Assembly (NCBI RefSeq): GCF_021054785.1
Contig: NZ_CP088239.1
Span: forward strand, 2,190,001-2,222,000
Source: Tannockella kyphosi
GTDB lineage: Bacteria; Bacillota_I; Bacilli_A; Erysipelotrichales; Coprobacillaceae
Direction of reading: 5' to 3'
Length of the DNA stretch: 32,000 nt
Made by a program: the position numbers and the translations under genes. The notes beneath the pieces are model-generated. The model searched no databases and had not been told where the DNA came from. It worked only from the letters and a program-made list of their open reading frames with translations. This document shows, piece after piece, positions 1-8,860 of the stretch. Each line of letters begins with the position of its first letter. Positions within the stretch are counted from its first letter, which is position 1.

Positions 1-2
1 AT

Positions 3-725
3 ATTATTAATACCATTGTACTAGATTGGATTGCTAATTCACAAGATGTGATCGTAGTTACTGATTCAGCATTTAGCATATCTTTCGTGAAATTTTTAAA
101 GAAAAAAAAAGTGAATATGTGCCTTTATTTTCAAAACGAAATAACAAATGAAAACTGTTATAAAATGTCTTTTTTTGATAATATATATACTTATGATAAT
201 GTAGATGCCAAAAAATATGGACTAAAATTTATGCACTATCCATACTCAGGAAAGGTAAAAAAAAATAATTCCACTAACTATCTTTATGACGTTTACTTTA
301 TTGGAAACGCAAAAGATAGAGAACCTCAAATCTTAAAATTATACGGAGAATTAAAAAAAGCAGGACTAAGTGTTCTTTTTAAAGTTGTTGGAGCAGAAAG
401 CAAATCTATTAAAAGTGATAAGTATGTCAATTATGAAGAAAATTTAAAATATATAGAACAATCTAAGTGTCTTTTGGATATCAATGATGTTAATCAACAC
501 GCGCCATCGATTAGATATTTAGAATCAATTTTTTTGGAGAAAAAACTTATCACTACCCAAACCAACATAAGAACATATAAGTATTTTAATCCTGAAAATA
601 CTTTGGTCATAGATTCAGACAACTATTTTGATCAGCTTAATGATTTTATTGCCAAGGAATATAAAGAAGTAGAAACAAATTTTGATAATATTGATTTTCA
701 TAATTGGATTGATCTGTTTTATTAA
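3..725 (+). CDS. Polysaccharide-locus protein of unknown family, 5'-truncated by the window edge
   Basis: The frame is open from nt 3 to the stop at 723-725. There is no stop between nt 3 and the GTG at 48 used by the ORF track, so the gene most likely begins upstream of the window. The product is Lys/Asn-rich and I see no motif I can assign safely. Context: it is the first gene of the glycan operon. Confidence 0.5.
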   Translation: MINTIVLDWIANSQDVIVVTDSAFSISFVKFLKKKKVNMCLYFQNEITNENCYKMSFFDNIYTYDNVDAKKYGLKFMHYPYSGKVKKNNSTNYLYDVYFIGNAKDREPQILKLYGELKKAGLSVLFKVVGAESKSIKSDKYVNYEENLKYIEQSKCLLDINDVNQHAPSIRYLESIFLEKKLITTQTNIRTYKYFNPENTLVIDSDNYFDQLNDFIAKEYKEVETNFDNIDFHNWIDLFY

Positions 726-772
726 GATTAAGAGAATTTAGTTAATATGGATACAGAGAAGGGATAAGAAAA

Positions 773-1768
773 ATGAAAGCAGATAGAATAGAAATAATAT
801 TAGTTACAGGGGCTGCAGGATTTATAGGATCACATTTATGTGAGCAATTACTTAGAGAAGGAATAAACGTTATCGGAATAGATTCTTTTAATTCTTATTA
901 TGATGTCGAGATTAAGAAAAACAATGTGAAATTAATAGAAGCTACTGCAAAAGATAATGGCAAAAATTTCCAGATGCTTACAGGGGATATCAGAGACACA
1001 CAGTTTCTAAACACGGTCTTTAGTAAATATAAAATTGATGCGATAGTTTCATTAGCTGCAAATGCAGGGGTTAGACCATCAATTGAAGAACCTTTAGAAT
1101 ATATTTCGGTAAATTTGGATGGACTAACTAAATTACTTGAATGTGCAAAAAATTACGGAATAAAAAAGTTTATTTTTGCGTCATCATCATCAGTTTATGG
1201 AAATAATAGGAAAACACCTTTTTCAGAAGAGGACCCTGTGGATAACCCTATTTCTCCTTATGCAGCCACAAAAAAAGCTGGAGAATTAATCTGTTATACA
1301 TATCATTCGTTATATGATATTAATATTGCTTGCCTTCGATATTTCACAGTATATGGACCGAGGCAAAGACCAGATTTAGCAATTAATAAGTTTACAAGAT
1401 TAATATTTAACGGCAGTAAGATTGAAATGTATGGTGACGGATCAACGGCACGAGATTATACATATGTTTCAGACGTTGTTTCAGGAACTATTGCAGCAAT
1501 AAACTATCTCTCACGAGATGAAAGTATTTATGATATTTTTAATTTGGGCGGTTCGAATCCGATTAAGCTAATTGATCTAATTGATTTAATAGCTAAAACT
1601 TTAAATAAACCGGTTGAGATTATTACTAAGCCTATGCAACCTGGAGATGTTGAAGTTACGTTTAGTGATTTTAGTAGGGCACAAGAAAAATTAAACTACT
1701 ATCCTCAAGTGACTATTGAAAAAGGGATTGAAAATTTTGTAAGATGGTATGTAAAGAACTCGGATTAG
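773..1768 (+). CDS. NAD-dependent nucleotide-sugar epimerase (extended SDR, UDP-glucuronate 4-epimerase-like)
   Basis: Rossmann motif VTGAAGFIGSHL at the N-terminus. Catalytic YxxxK is present as YAATKKAGE. The YFTVYGPRQRPDLAI block is typical of the Cap1J/LpsL/GAE group. A purine-rich RBS (GAAGGGA) lies upstream of the ATG. Confidence 0.75.
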   Translation: MKADRIEIILVTGAAGFIGSHLCEQLLREGINVIGIDSFNSYYDVEIKKNNVKLIEATAKDNGKNFQMLTGDIRDTQFLNTVFSKYKIDAIVSLAANAGVRPSIEEPLEYISVNLDGLTKLLECAKNYGIKKFIFASSSSVYGNNRKTPFSEEDPVDNPISPYAATKKAGELICYTYHSLYDINIACLRYFTVYGPRQRPDLAINKFTRLIFNGSKIEMYGDGSTARDYTYVSDVVSGTIAAINYLSRDESIYDIFNLGGSNPIKLIDLIDLIAKTLNKPVEIITKPMQPGDVEVTFSDFSRAQEKLNYYPQVTIEKGIENFVRWYVKNSD

Positions 1769-1862
1769 TAAATAACTAAATTTTAATAAAAAAATGGATT
1801 TTATCTGATGCATTTTTCTATAAAAATAATTTTTATAAAATTCAAAATGGGAAGGCGTTAAA

Positions 1863-2741
1863 ATGAAAGGCATAATTTTAGCAGGTGGGAGTGGTACAAG
1901 ATTATACCCTCTTACACAAGTAACAAGTAAACAATTATTACCAATATATGATAAACCTATGATATATTATCCATTATCAACCCTAATGTTAGCAGGTATA
2001 AAGAATATTTTAATAATCTCTACACCCGAGGATACACCAAGATTTAAAGATTTGCTTTGCGATGGTAACCAGTATGGGATTAACTTGGAATATAAAGTAC
2101 AAGAAAGTCCTGACGGATTGGCACAAGCTTTTACTATAGGTGAAGAATTCATCGGAAGTGATAGCGTTGCTATGATTTTAGGAGATAATATTTTCTATGG
2201 ACATGGGTTAACAAAAAGATTAAAAGAAGCAGAAAAGAAACAAGAAGGAGCGACTGTTTTTGGATATTATGTAGATGATCCAGAAAGATTTGGGATAGTT
2301 GAATTTGATGATAAAGGAAATGCATTATCATTAGAAGAAAAACCTGTTAATCCAAAGTCTAACTATGCAGTAACTGGATTATATTTTTATGATAACAAAG
2401 TGGTTGAATATGCAAAAAACTTAAAGCCAAGTGCTAGAGGTGAGTTAGAAATTACAGACATTAATAAAATTTATCTAGAAGAAAACAAATTAAGTGTAGA
2501 ATTACTTGGTCGTGGATTTACATGGCTAGATACTGGTACTCATGAATCTCTTGCTGATGCCACTTCATTTGTGCAAACTGTGGAGAATTACACAAACAGA
2601 AAAATAGCTTGTTTGGAAGAAATATCATATAGTAATGGTTGGATTACAAAAGAGCAGTTAGAAGAAAGATGTCAGCTATATAGTAAGAATCAATATGGAA
2701 AATATCTAAAAGAGATATTAGATGGTAAATTTCAGTTTTAG
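1863..2741 (+). CDS. rmlA: Glucose-1-phosphate thymidylyltransferase
   Basis: The N-terminus [18 protein letters not shown] is the canonical RmlA/RfbA signature. Length is 292 aa. The C-terminal block [10 protein letters not shown] is conserved. Confidence 0.93.
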   Translation: MKGIILAGGSGTRLYPLTQVTSKQLLPIYDKPMIYYPLSTLMLAGIKNILIISTPEDTPRFKDLLCDGNQYGINLEYKVQESPDGLAQAFTIGEEFIGSDSVAMILGDNIFYGHGLTKRLKEAEKKQEGATVFGYYVDDPERFGIVEFDDKGNALSLEEKPVNPKSNYAVTGLYFYDNKVVEYAKNLKPSARGELEITDINKIYLEENKLSVELLGRGFTWLDTGTHESLADATSFVQTVENYTNRKIACLEEISYSNGWITKEQLEERCQLYSKNQYGKYLKEILDGKFQF

Positions 2742-2752
2742 GAGAATGTAAT

Positions 2753-4069
2753 ATGGAAGAACTATTAGAGTGGATTAATCATTTAAATGAAACAACACAT
2801 GTAGACATAAAAACAAGTGAAATGAGTGATGACTCTTTTTGGTTTTTAGATACTCGAACAGGATATATAAAGAATCGTAATAATTCTTTCTTTTCCATTG
2901 CCGGAATTAAAGGAAATGTGAATAATAAAGAAATACAACAGCCTATCATCATACAAAATGAGATAGGCTATCTTGGTATTATATGTAAAGAGTTTGAAGG
3001 AGTTACAAAGTATTTGATGCAAGCGAAAATAGAACCAGGAAACATTAACTGTGTTCAGATTTCGCCTACAATACAAGCTACTAAAAGCAATTTCACTCAA
3101 AAACATGGAGGTAAGAAACCTGATTATTTAGATTTCTTCATTAATGCAAATGAGTATCAAATAATTGCAGATCAAATACAATCAGAACAGTCTTCAAGAT
3201 TTTATAAAAAAAGAAATAGAAATATGATTATTAAGGTGACTGGAGATGTTGAAGTACTACCGAGATTTAGATGGATGACTTTATGTGAGATAAAAGAAAT
3301 TATGAAGTATCGTAATTTAGTGAATATGGATACTAGAACTGTATTATCATGTTTACCACTTGTTGATGTAAACGCTAGTGATATTGATTGTCAGTTCAAT
3401 TATTTATCAGAAGAATTTAAGAAATCAATACATTCGATAGAATATATTGATGAAATCACGTCTATATATCATAAAATAAATAATTACAAGATGTTTAACT
3501 ACAATGAAGCTAAAATTGTCTCATTATATGAATTAGATAATTGGAATGTATCTAATTTAGGAGTATCATGTAAGAGTGATTTCCCATACGAAGTGAATAT
3601 ATATGATATTGAAATAGAAGGAAGAGAAGTAACTAAATGGCAACAGCCATTATTTAAAGCAAATGGTATTGCTTTATTTGGATTGATTAGAACAATAATT
3701 AATGGAGAGTATAAATATTTAGTAAAGTTATCACCAGAAATTGGTAATTTTGATGCAATGGAAATCGGACCAACAATACAAAAAGAATATGGTGAAACTT
3801 ATCAAGAGGATGCTATAGAAGTCCTTTTTAAAGACAGAATAGATAGAAATATAAGTGTTTCTTTTGATTCTATTTTATCAGAAGAAGGCGGAAGATTTTA
3901 TCATGAAGAAAACAGAAATATTATTTTAGATGTAGAGTATGAGGACTTAAAGGAGTTACCTTTAGAATACTCATTATTATCTTATCGTGCCTTAAATCAC
4001 TTGAATTTAGTTAACAACTGTTTAAATATACAACTTAGAAATTTATTATCAACAATGGAGGTTTGTTAA
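2753..4069 (+). CDS. NDP-hexose (dTDP-4-keto-6-deoxyglucose) 2,3-dehydratase, EvaA/OleV/TylX3-like
   Basis: 438 aa with a visible internal duplication. YLMQAKIEPGN..ISPTIQ / QSEQSSRFYKKRNRNMII in the N-half is mirrored by YLVKLSPEIGN..IGPTIQ / LSEEGGRFYHEENRNIIL in the C-half. This is the two-Nudix-like-repeat architecture of hexose 2,3-dehydratases. The gene is embedded among rml genes. Confidence 0.8.
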   Translation: MEELLEWINHLNETTHVDIKTSEMSDDSFWFLDTRTGYIKNRNNSFFSIAGIKGNVNNKEIQQPIIIQNEIGYLGIICKEFEGVTKYLMQAKIEPGNINCVQISPTIQATKSNFTQKHGGKKPDYLDFFINANEYQIIADQIQSEQSSRFYKKRNRNMIIKVTGDVEVLPRFRWMTLCEIKEIMKYRNLVNMDTRTVLSCLPLVDVNASDIDCQFNYLSEEFKKSIHSIEYIDEITSIYHKINNYKMFNYNEAKIVSLYELDNWNVSNLGVSCKSDFPYEVNIYDIEIEGREVTKWQQPLFKANGIALFGLIRTIINGEYKYLVKLSPEIGNFDAMEIGPTIQKEYGETYQEDAIEVLFKDRIDRNISVSFDSILSEEGGRFYHEENRNIILDVEYEDLKELPLEYSLLSYRALNHLNLVNNCLNIQLRNLLSTMEVC

Positions 4070-5073
4070 TGAATAAAATACGTATTGGAGTAATTAGTCC
4101 ATCAGAAATAGCTTTTAGAAGATTTATGCCTGCTATTTTGAACCATGATTCGTTTGAATATGTAGGTGTGGCGTATCCAACTTCTGATGAATGGGATAAT
4201 GCTTCCGTGTCACAACTAGATTTAGAAATTAATAAAGCAAAAGATTTCATGAAAGAGTACGGTGGAAATATATATGAAGGGTATAAATCGGTTATTAGCG
4301 ACCCATCTATAGATGCAATATATCTTCCATTACCACCAGCTTTACATTATAAATGGGCCAAGTTGGCTTTAGAGAATAACAAACATGTTTTTTTAGAGAA
4401 ACCATCGACTACAAATGAGAAAGACACATTAGAGCTTGTAGAACTAGCAAATAGCAAGTCACTAGCACTACATGAAAATTATATGTTTCAATATCATAAT
4501 CAAATAGATCTATTAAAAGAATTAATAGATACTAAAGAAGTTGGTGAAACGAGACTGATTAGAACTAATTTTGGTTTTCCTAAAAGATTAAGTAATGATT
4601 TTCGTTATAACAAAGACTTAGGTGGTGGTGCATTACTTGATTGTGGAGGATACCCACTTAGATTAATGTCTAAATTAATGGAGCATGATTTGGAAGTAAT
4701 AGCCTCTAAATTAGTATATAATGAAAATGATATTGACTTGTTTGGAAGTGTAATGCTTACAAACAGTGATGTAATAGGACAAGTGTCATTCGGTATGGAT
4801 AATGCTTATAAATGTGATATTGAAGTATGGGGAAGTAATGGAACTATTTATACAGGCAGAGTATTTACTGCTCCAGAAGGTTTTGAAACATCAATAGTAA
4901 TCAATAAAAATAATCAAGAGTCTACTATTTCTGTTAGAGGAGATGATACTTTCTACAAGTCTATTGATAAGTTTTATAAATGTATAACAGATGATAATAT
5001 TAGAGAGTTAGAGTATAAAGAGTTATTAACACAAATTAGATTAGTTGAAGAAGTAAGAAAAGAGGGGAAGTAA
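4069..5073 (+). CDS. Gfo/Idh/MocA-family oxidoreductase, probable dTDP-3,4-diketo-2,6-dideoxyhexose 3-ketoreductase (OleW/TylC1/KijD10-like)
   Basis: N-terminal Rossmann IRIGVISPSEIAFRRF plus the EKP motif (VFLEKPST) characteristic of Gfo/Idh/MocA. I prefer the ATG at 4069 over the track's TTG at 4063: GGAGG sits 8 nt upstream and it forms a TAATG overlap with the upstream stop. The specific function is inferred from its position directly after the 2,3-dehydratase. Confidence 0.65.
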   Translation: MNKIRIGVISPSEIAFRRFMPAILNHDSFEYVGVAYPTSDEWDNASVSQLDLEINKAKDFMKEYGGNIYEGYKSVISDPSIDAIYLPLPPALHYKWAKLALENNKHVFLEKPSTTNEKDTLELVELANSKSLALHENYMFQYHNQIDLLKELIDTKEVGETRLIRTNFGFPKRLSNDFRYNKDLGGGALLDCGGYPLRLMSKLMEHDLEVIASKLVYNENDIDLFGSVMLTNSDVIGQVSFGMDNAYKCDIEVWGSNGTIYTGRVFTAPEGFETSIVINKNNQESTISVRGDDTFYKSIDKFYKCITDDNIRELEYKELLTQIRLVEEVRKEGK

Positions 5074-5074
5074 A

Positions 5075-5638
5075 GTGAAAAAAGTAGAAACTAAGTTACC
5101 AGGAGTTTTTGTTATAGAACCAAATGTATTTTATGATTATAGAGGCTATTTCATGCAGTCCTATGCAATTAATACATATGAACCATTAGGAATCAATAAT
5201 ACATTTGTACAAGATAACCATGCTTTTACAGAAAAAAAAGGAACAATTAGAGCTATTCATTTCCAAAATGATCCTTTTGCACAAGCAAAATTAGTAAGAT
5301 GTACTAGAGGGAGTATACTCGACGTAGCTGTTGATTTAAGAGAAGGGTCTCCAACTTACGGGATGTGGGATGCCGTTGAACTATCAGCTGAAAATTTTAA
5401 GCAAATTTATATTCCTAGAGGTTTTGGTCATGGGTATATGACATTAGAGGACAATTCGGAAGTGCAATATAAATGTGATGATATCTATGATACCAAAACA
5501 GAAAGAGTACTAAGATGGGATGATCCTACTATAGGTATTGAATGGGGAATATCGGATCCAATCGTTTCTCAAAAAGACCAGGATGCACCATTTTTGTCAG
5601 AGTGTGATATTAATTTTAAATATACAGGTGACGAATAA
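5075..5638 (+). CDS. rmlC: dTDP-4-keto-6-deoxyhexose 3,5-(or 5-)epimerase, RmlC cupin family
   Basis: RmlC-type blocks are present: RGYFMQSY, QDNHAF..GTIRAIHFQ, KLVRCTRGSILDVAVDLR..SPTYG, IPRGFGHGY. GTG start with the RBS AGAGGGGAAG upstream. Confidence 0.85.
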   Translation: MKKVETKLPGVFVIEPNVFYDYRGYFMQSYAINTYEPLGINNTFVQDNHAFTEKKGTIRAIHFQNDPFAQAKLVRCTRGSILDVAVDLREGSPTYGMWDAVELSAENFKQIYIPRGFGHGYMTLEDNSEVQYKCDDIYDTKTERVLRWDDPTIGIEWGISDPIVSQKDQDAPFLSECDINFKYTGDE

Positions 5639-6573
5639 TGAAAAAAGTTATAATTACGGGTGTTGGAGGATTTATTGGAAAATCGATATGTTTACGATTG
5701 CTGAGAAGTAATGTAACTGTAATCGGTATTGATGTGGATGACTCAAGAGTAAAAGATTTATTTGAATTTTCTAACTTTTCGTTCAAACAAGCGTCATTTA
5801 GTGAATATGATCAGTTAGAAAAAATAATTAAGGATCGAGATGTTGATGTGCTGTATCATTTTGCATTAAAGGGAGGTCTTTTGGCAAATGCGATAAATGA
5901 TGTTGATATGCAGTTGGAGAATGCTAAGTATACAGTCATGATTTTAAAAAAAGCAATCGAGATGAGTGTAAAAAAATTTGTATTTATTGGAACGGCTAAT
6001 CAATTTGAAGTTCAACAAATAGCTTATAATGAGGATGTTATTCCTAGAAACACATGTATTTATGCAGCGTCTAAATTGGCATCTGAAATGATGTGTAAAG
6101 TGATAGCCAATCAACATGAAATTATTATTTGTTCTGCTTTGTGTGCTATGGTATACGGAGAAGGTAATTACTCTATGCAATTGCCTAACGTAGTAATGAA
6201 ACAGATTATAGAAGGGGCAGAACCAAGGTTGATAGACGGGAATTCTCAATACGATATGGTATATATTCATAATCTAACAAAGGCATTGTCATTAATTGGG
6301 GAACAAGGGGAAAATAATACTAGTTACTATATAGGAAGTCATAGCAATGATTTATTAACGTTTAAAGAACTATGGACTGAAATAAGAAATATTATAAATC
6401 CTGATATCAAACTTGGTTTTGGAGAGTTCAAAGACTCTTTTTCGATGGATTACAGTAAAATCAATTGTAATAAATTGTATGAAGAATTGGGTTATAGACC
6501 AGAATATTCGCTACAAGAAAGTGTGAATAATAGTGTAGAATGGATCAAAAACAATCTGATGGAGGATAAATAA
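5638..6573 (+). CDS. Extended-SDR NAD(P)-dependent reductase, probable dTDP-4-keto-2,6-dideoxyhexose 4-ketoreductase
   Basis: Glycine-rich N-terminus ITGVGGFIGKS and catalytic YAASKLASE (YxxxK). TAATG start/stop overlaps at both ends (5636-5640 and 6571-6575) tie it to rmlC and rmlB. The 4-ketoreductase role is an inference from pathway logic. No canonical rmlD is present in the window. Confidence 0.55.
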   Translation: MKKVIITGVGGFIGKSICLRLLRSNVTVIGIDVDDSRVKDLFEFSNFSFKQASFSEYDQLEKIIKDRDVDVLYHFALKGGLLANAINDVDMQLENAKYTVMILKKAIEMSVKKFVFIGTANQFEVQQIAYNEDVIPRNTCIYAASKLASEMMCKVIANQHEIIICSALCAMVYGEGNYSMQLPNVVMKQIIEGAEPRLIDGNSQYDMVYIHNLTKALSLIGEQGENNTSYYIGSHSNDLLTFKELWTEIRNIINPDIKLGFGEFKDSFSMDYSKINCNKLYEELGYRPEYSLQESVNNSVEWIKNNLMEDK

Positions 6574-7604
6574 TGAAAATACTAGTAACAGGTGGAGCTG
6601 GATTCATTGGTGGTAATTTTGTACACTATATGGTAGATAAGTATCCAGAAGACATGATTGTAAACTTAGATGCATTAACATATGCAGGTAACTTAGAAAC
6701 ATGTGCTCCTGTAGAAGGAAAAGAAAATTATAAGTTTGTAAAAGGTGATATTGCAGATAGAGAATTTATTTATAAACTATTTGAAGATGAAAAGTTTGAT
6801 GTTGTTATTAACTTTGCTGCTGAATCACATGTAGATAGAAGTATTGAAGATCCTGAAATATTTGTAAAAACAAATGTTATGGGTACTACTACTTTATTAG
6901 ATGCATGTAATAAATATGGTATCACTAGATACCATCAAGTATCTACGGATGAGGTTTATGGAGATTTACCTCTAGATAGACCTGATTTGTTCTTTACAGA
7001 AGAAACACCATTACATACATCTAGTCCATATAGTTCTTCTAAAGCTTCAGCAGACTTATTTGTTTTAGCTTATCATCGTACATTTGGATTACCAGTTACT
7101 ATATCTAGATGTTCTAATAACTATGGACCATATCATTTCCCTGAAAAATTAATACCTCTAATGATTTCTAGAGCATTAGAAGATGGAGAATTACCAGTAT
7201 ATGGTAAAGGGGAAAATGTAAGAGATTGGTTACATGTATATGATCATTGTGTAGCTATTGATCTTATTGTAAGAAAAGGACAAGTAGGAGAAGTATATAA
7301 TGTAGGTGGACATAATGAACGTACGAACTTAGAAGTAGTACAAACTATATTAAAAGCATTAGATAAACCAGAAACATTAATTAAATATGTTACGGATAGA
7401 AAAGGACATGATATGCGTTATGCTATTGATCCTAAGAAATTAGAAACAGAATTAGGATGGGTACCTAAGTATAACTTTGATACTGGTATTCAACAAACAA
7501 TTCAATGGTATTTAGATAACAAAGAATGGTGGCAAAACATTATCTCTGGCGAATACCAAAATTATTTCAATAAAATGTATAAGGAAAATGGAAGAGTAGA
7601 TTAG
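6573..7604 (+). CDS. rmlB: dTDP-glucose 4,6-dehydratase
   Basis: VTGGAGFIGGNF, AAESHVDRSI, STDEVYGD, YSSSKASAD (YxxxK) and NNYGPYHFPEKLIP are canonical RmlB/RfbB blocks. Confidence 0.93.
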   Translation: MKILVTGGAGFIGGNFVHYMVDKYPEDMIVNLDALTYAGNLETCAPVEGKENYKFVKGDIADREFIYKLFEDEKFDVVINFAAESHVDRSIEDPEIFVKTNVMGTTTLLDACNKYGITRYHQVSTDEVYGDLPLDRPDLFFTEETPLHTSSPYSSSKASADLFVLAYHRTFGLPVTISRCSNNYGPYHFPEKLIPLMISRALEDGELPVYGKGENVRDWLHVYDHCVAIDLIVRKGQVGEVYNVGGHNERTNLEVVQTILKALDKPETLIKYVTDRKGHDMRYAIDPKKLETELGWVPKYNFDTGIQQTIQWYLDNKEWWQNIISGEYQNYFNKMYKENGRVD

Positions 7605-7653
7605 CATAAAGTGCATGTGAAAATAAATTTCAATAATTTAGAAGGAGAAAAAA

Positions 7654-8844
7654 ATGAATATACTGATTTATTATCATGATGAAATATGCCCCAATCATGG
7701 AGGAATACAGCGAATGTCCAGTAACTTGGCTGAAGAATTAATTAAGAAGGGACATGCCGTATACTTCCTATCTAACAAGGAAAATGGAGTTAGTGAGGAT
7801 AGTGGGTCAGTTTGTGAAAAGTTCTTTATACAAACTGATACGTTTTGTGATTTAGAATCAACTAAATTTGTTAAGAATTTAATGATTTCAAAGGGAATAG
7901 ATATTGTTTTAAATCAGTCTCATCGCTACACAGACTTCATTAAATATGTAAAAATCAATTTTGATATACCAATAGTAACAGCGTTTCATTTGGCACCGTA
8001 CCATCAAGTAGCAATTGAAAAAAATGGTTTAAATAAACTTGCAAACTTTTTTTCAATAGAACAAGCTTTAAACCTTAAAAGGATTATTGGTAGGCCATAT
8101 AAAATATTTATGGCAAAAAAGAGTATTCGGAGACTTTTCAAAGACATGTATAATAACAGCGATAAAATTGTTGTTTTGTCTAGTGGATTTGAAAGTGATT
8201 TTTCCGAAGTGATTGGGGAAAACTCGGGAAAGATTGTTTCTATCTCAAATTTTACAACATTCTCCCCCAATGCTGTAGAGAAAAGCATTTTAATTAATAA
8301 AGAAAAAACAATTCTATTCGTAGGGAGATTAACTTTTTCAGACAAGAGAGTTGATAGGCTAATATTAATTTGGGGGAAAATTTATAGAAAATATCCTGAA
8401 TGGAAATTAAAGATACTAGGAGATGGACCTGAAAAAGAGAGAATACAAAAATATATAGATCGGAAGAATATTCAAAATATTGAATTGGTGGGGTTTGTGA
8501 AGCCAGAACAAGAATATAAAAATGCATCAATTCTTTGCATGACATCATCTTGTGAAGGACTGCCGATGGTATTGGTGGAAGCAGGAAACTATGGTTGTGT
8601 GCCAATGGCATTTGAATGTTCTTCATCACTAAAAGATGTCATTGACCACAAAAAGAATGGAATACTGGTGGCTCCATTTGACATGAAAAAATATCAAGAA
8701 GAGTTAGAAATGTTAATTGGGAATACGGAATATAGAGAGCAACTTCAAAACGAAGTGCTGCTAGTGAATGAAAAATTCGATAAGGATAGAATTATATTAA
8801 AGTGGGAAACGCTCTTTAGTGAGCTGCTAGAACAAAAAAAATAA
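7654..8844 (+). CDS. GT4-family (GT-B fold) glycosyltransferase
   Basis: The C-terminal retaining-GT4 signature is present: SSCEGLPMVLVEAGNYGCVPMAF, followed by NGILV. The RBS GAAGGAG lies upstream. Confidence 0.85.
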   Translation: MNILIYYHDEICPNHGGIQRMSSNLAEELIKKGHAVYFLSNKENGVSEDSGSVCEKFFIQTDTFCDLESTKFVKNLMISKGIDIVLNQSHRYTDFIKYVKINFDIPIVTAFHLAPYHQVAIEKNGLNKLANFFSIEQALNLKRIIGRPYKIFMAKKSIRRLFKDMYNNSDKIVVLSSGFESDFSEVIGENSGKIVSISNFTTFSPNAVEKSILINKEKTILFVGRLTFSDKRVDRLILIWGKIYRKYPEWKLKILGDGPEKERIQKYIDRKNIQNIELVGFVKPEQEYKNASILCMTSSCEGLPMVLVEAGNYGCVPMAFECSSSLKDVIDHKKNGILVAPFDMKKYQEELEMLIGNTEYREQLQNEVLLVNEKFDKDRIILKWETLFSELLEQKK

Positions 8845-8860
8845 TTATGTAGGAGTCAGT

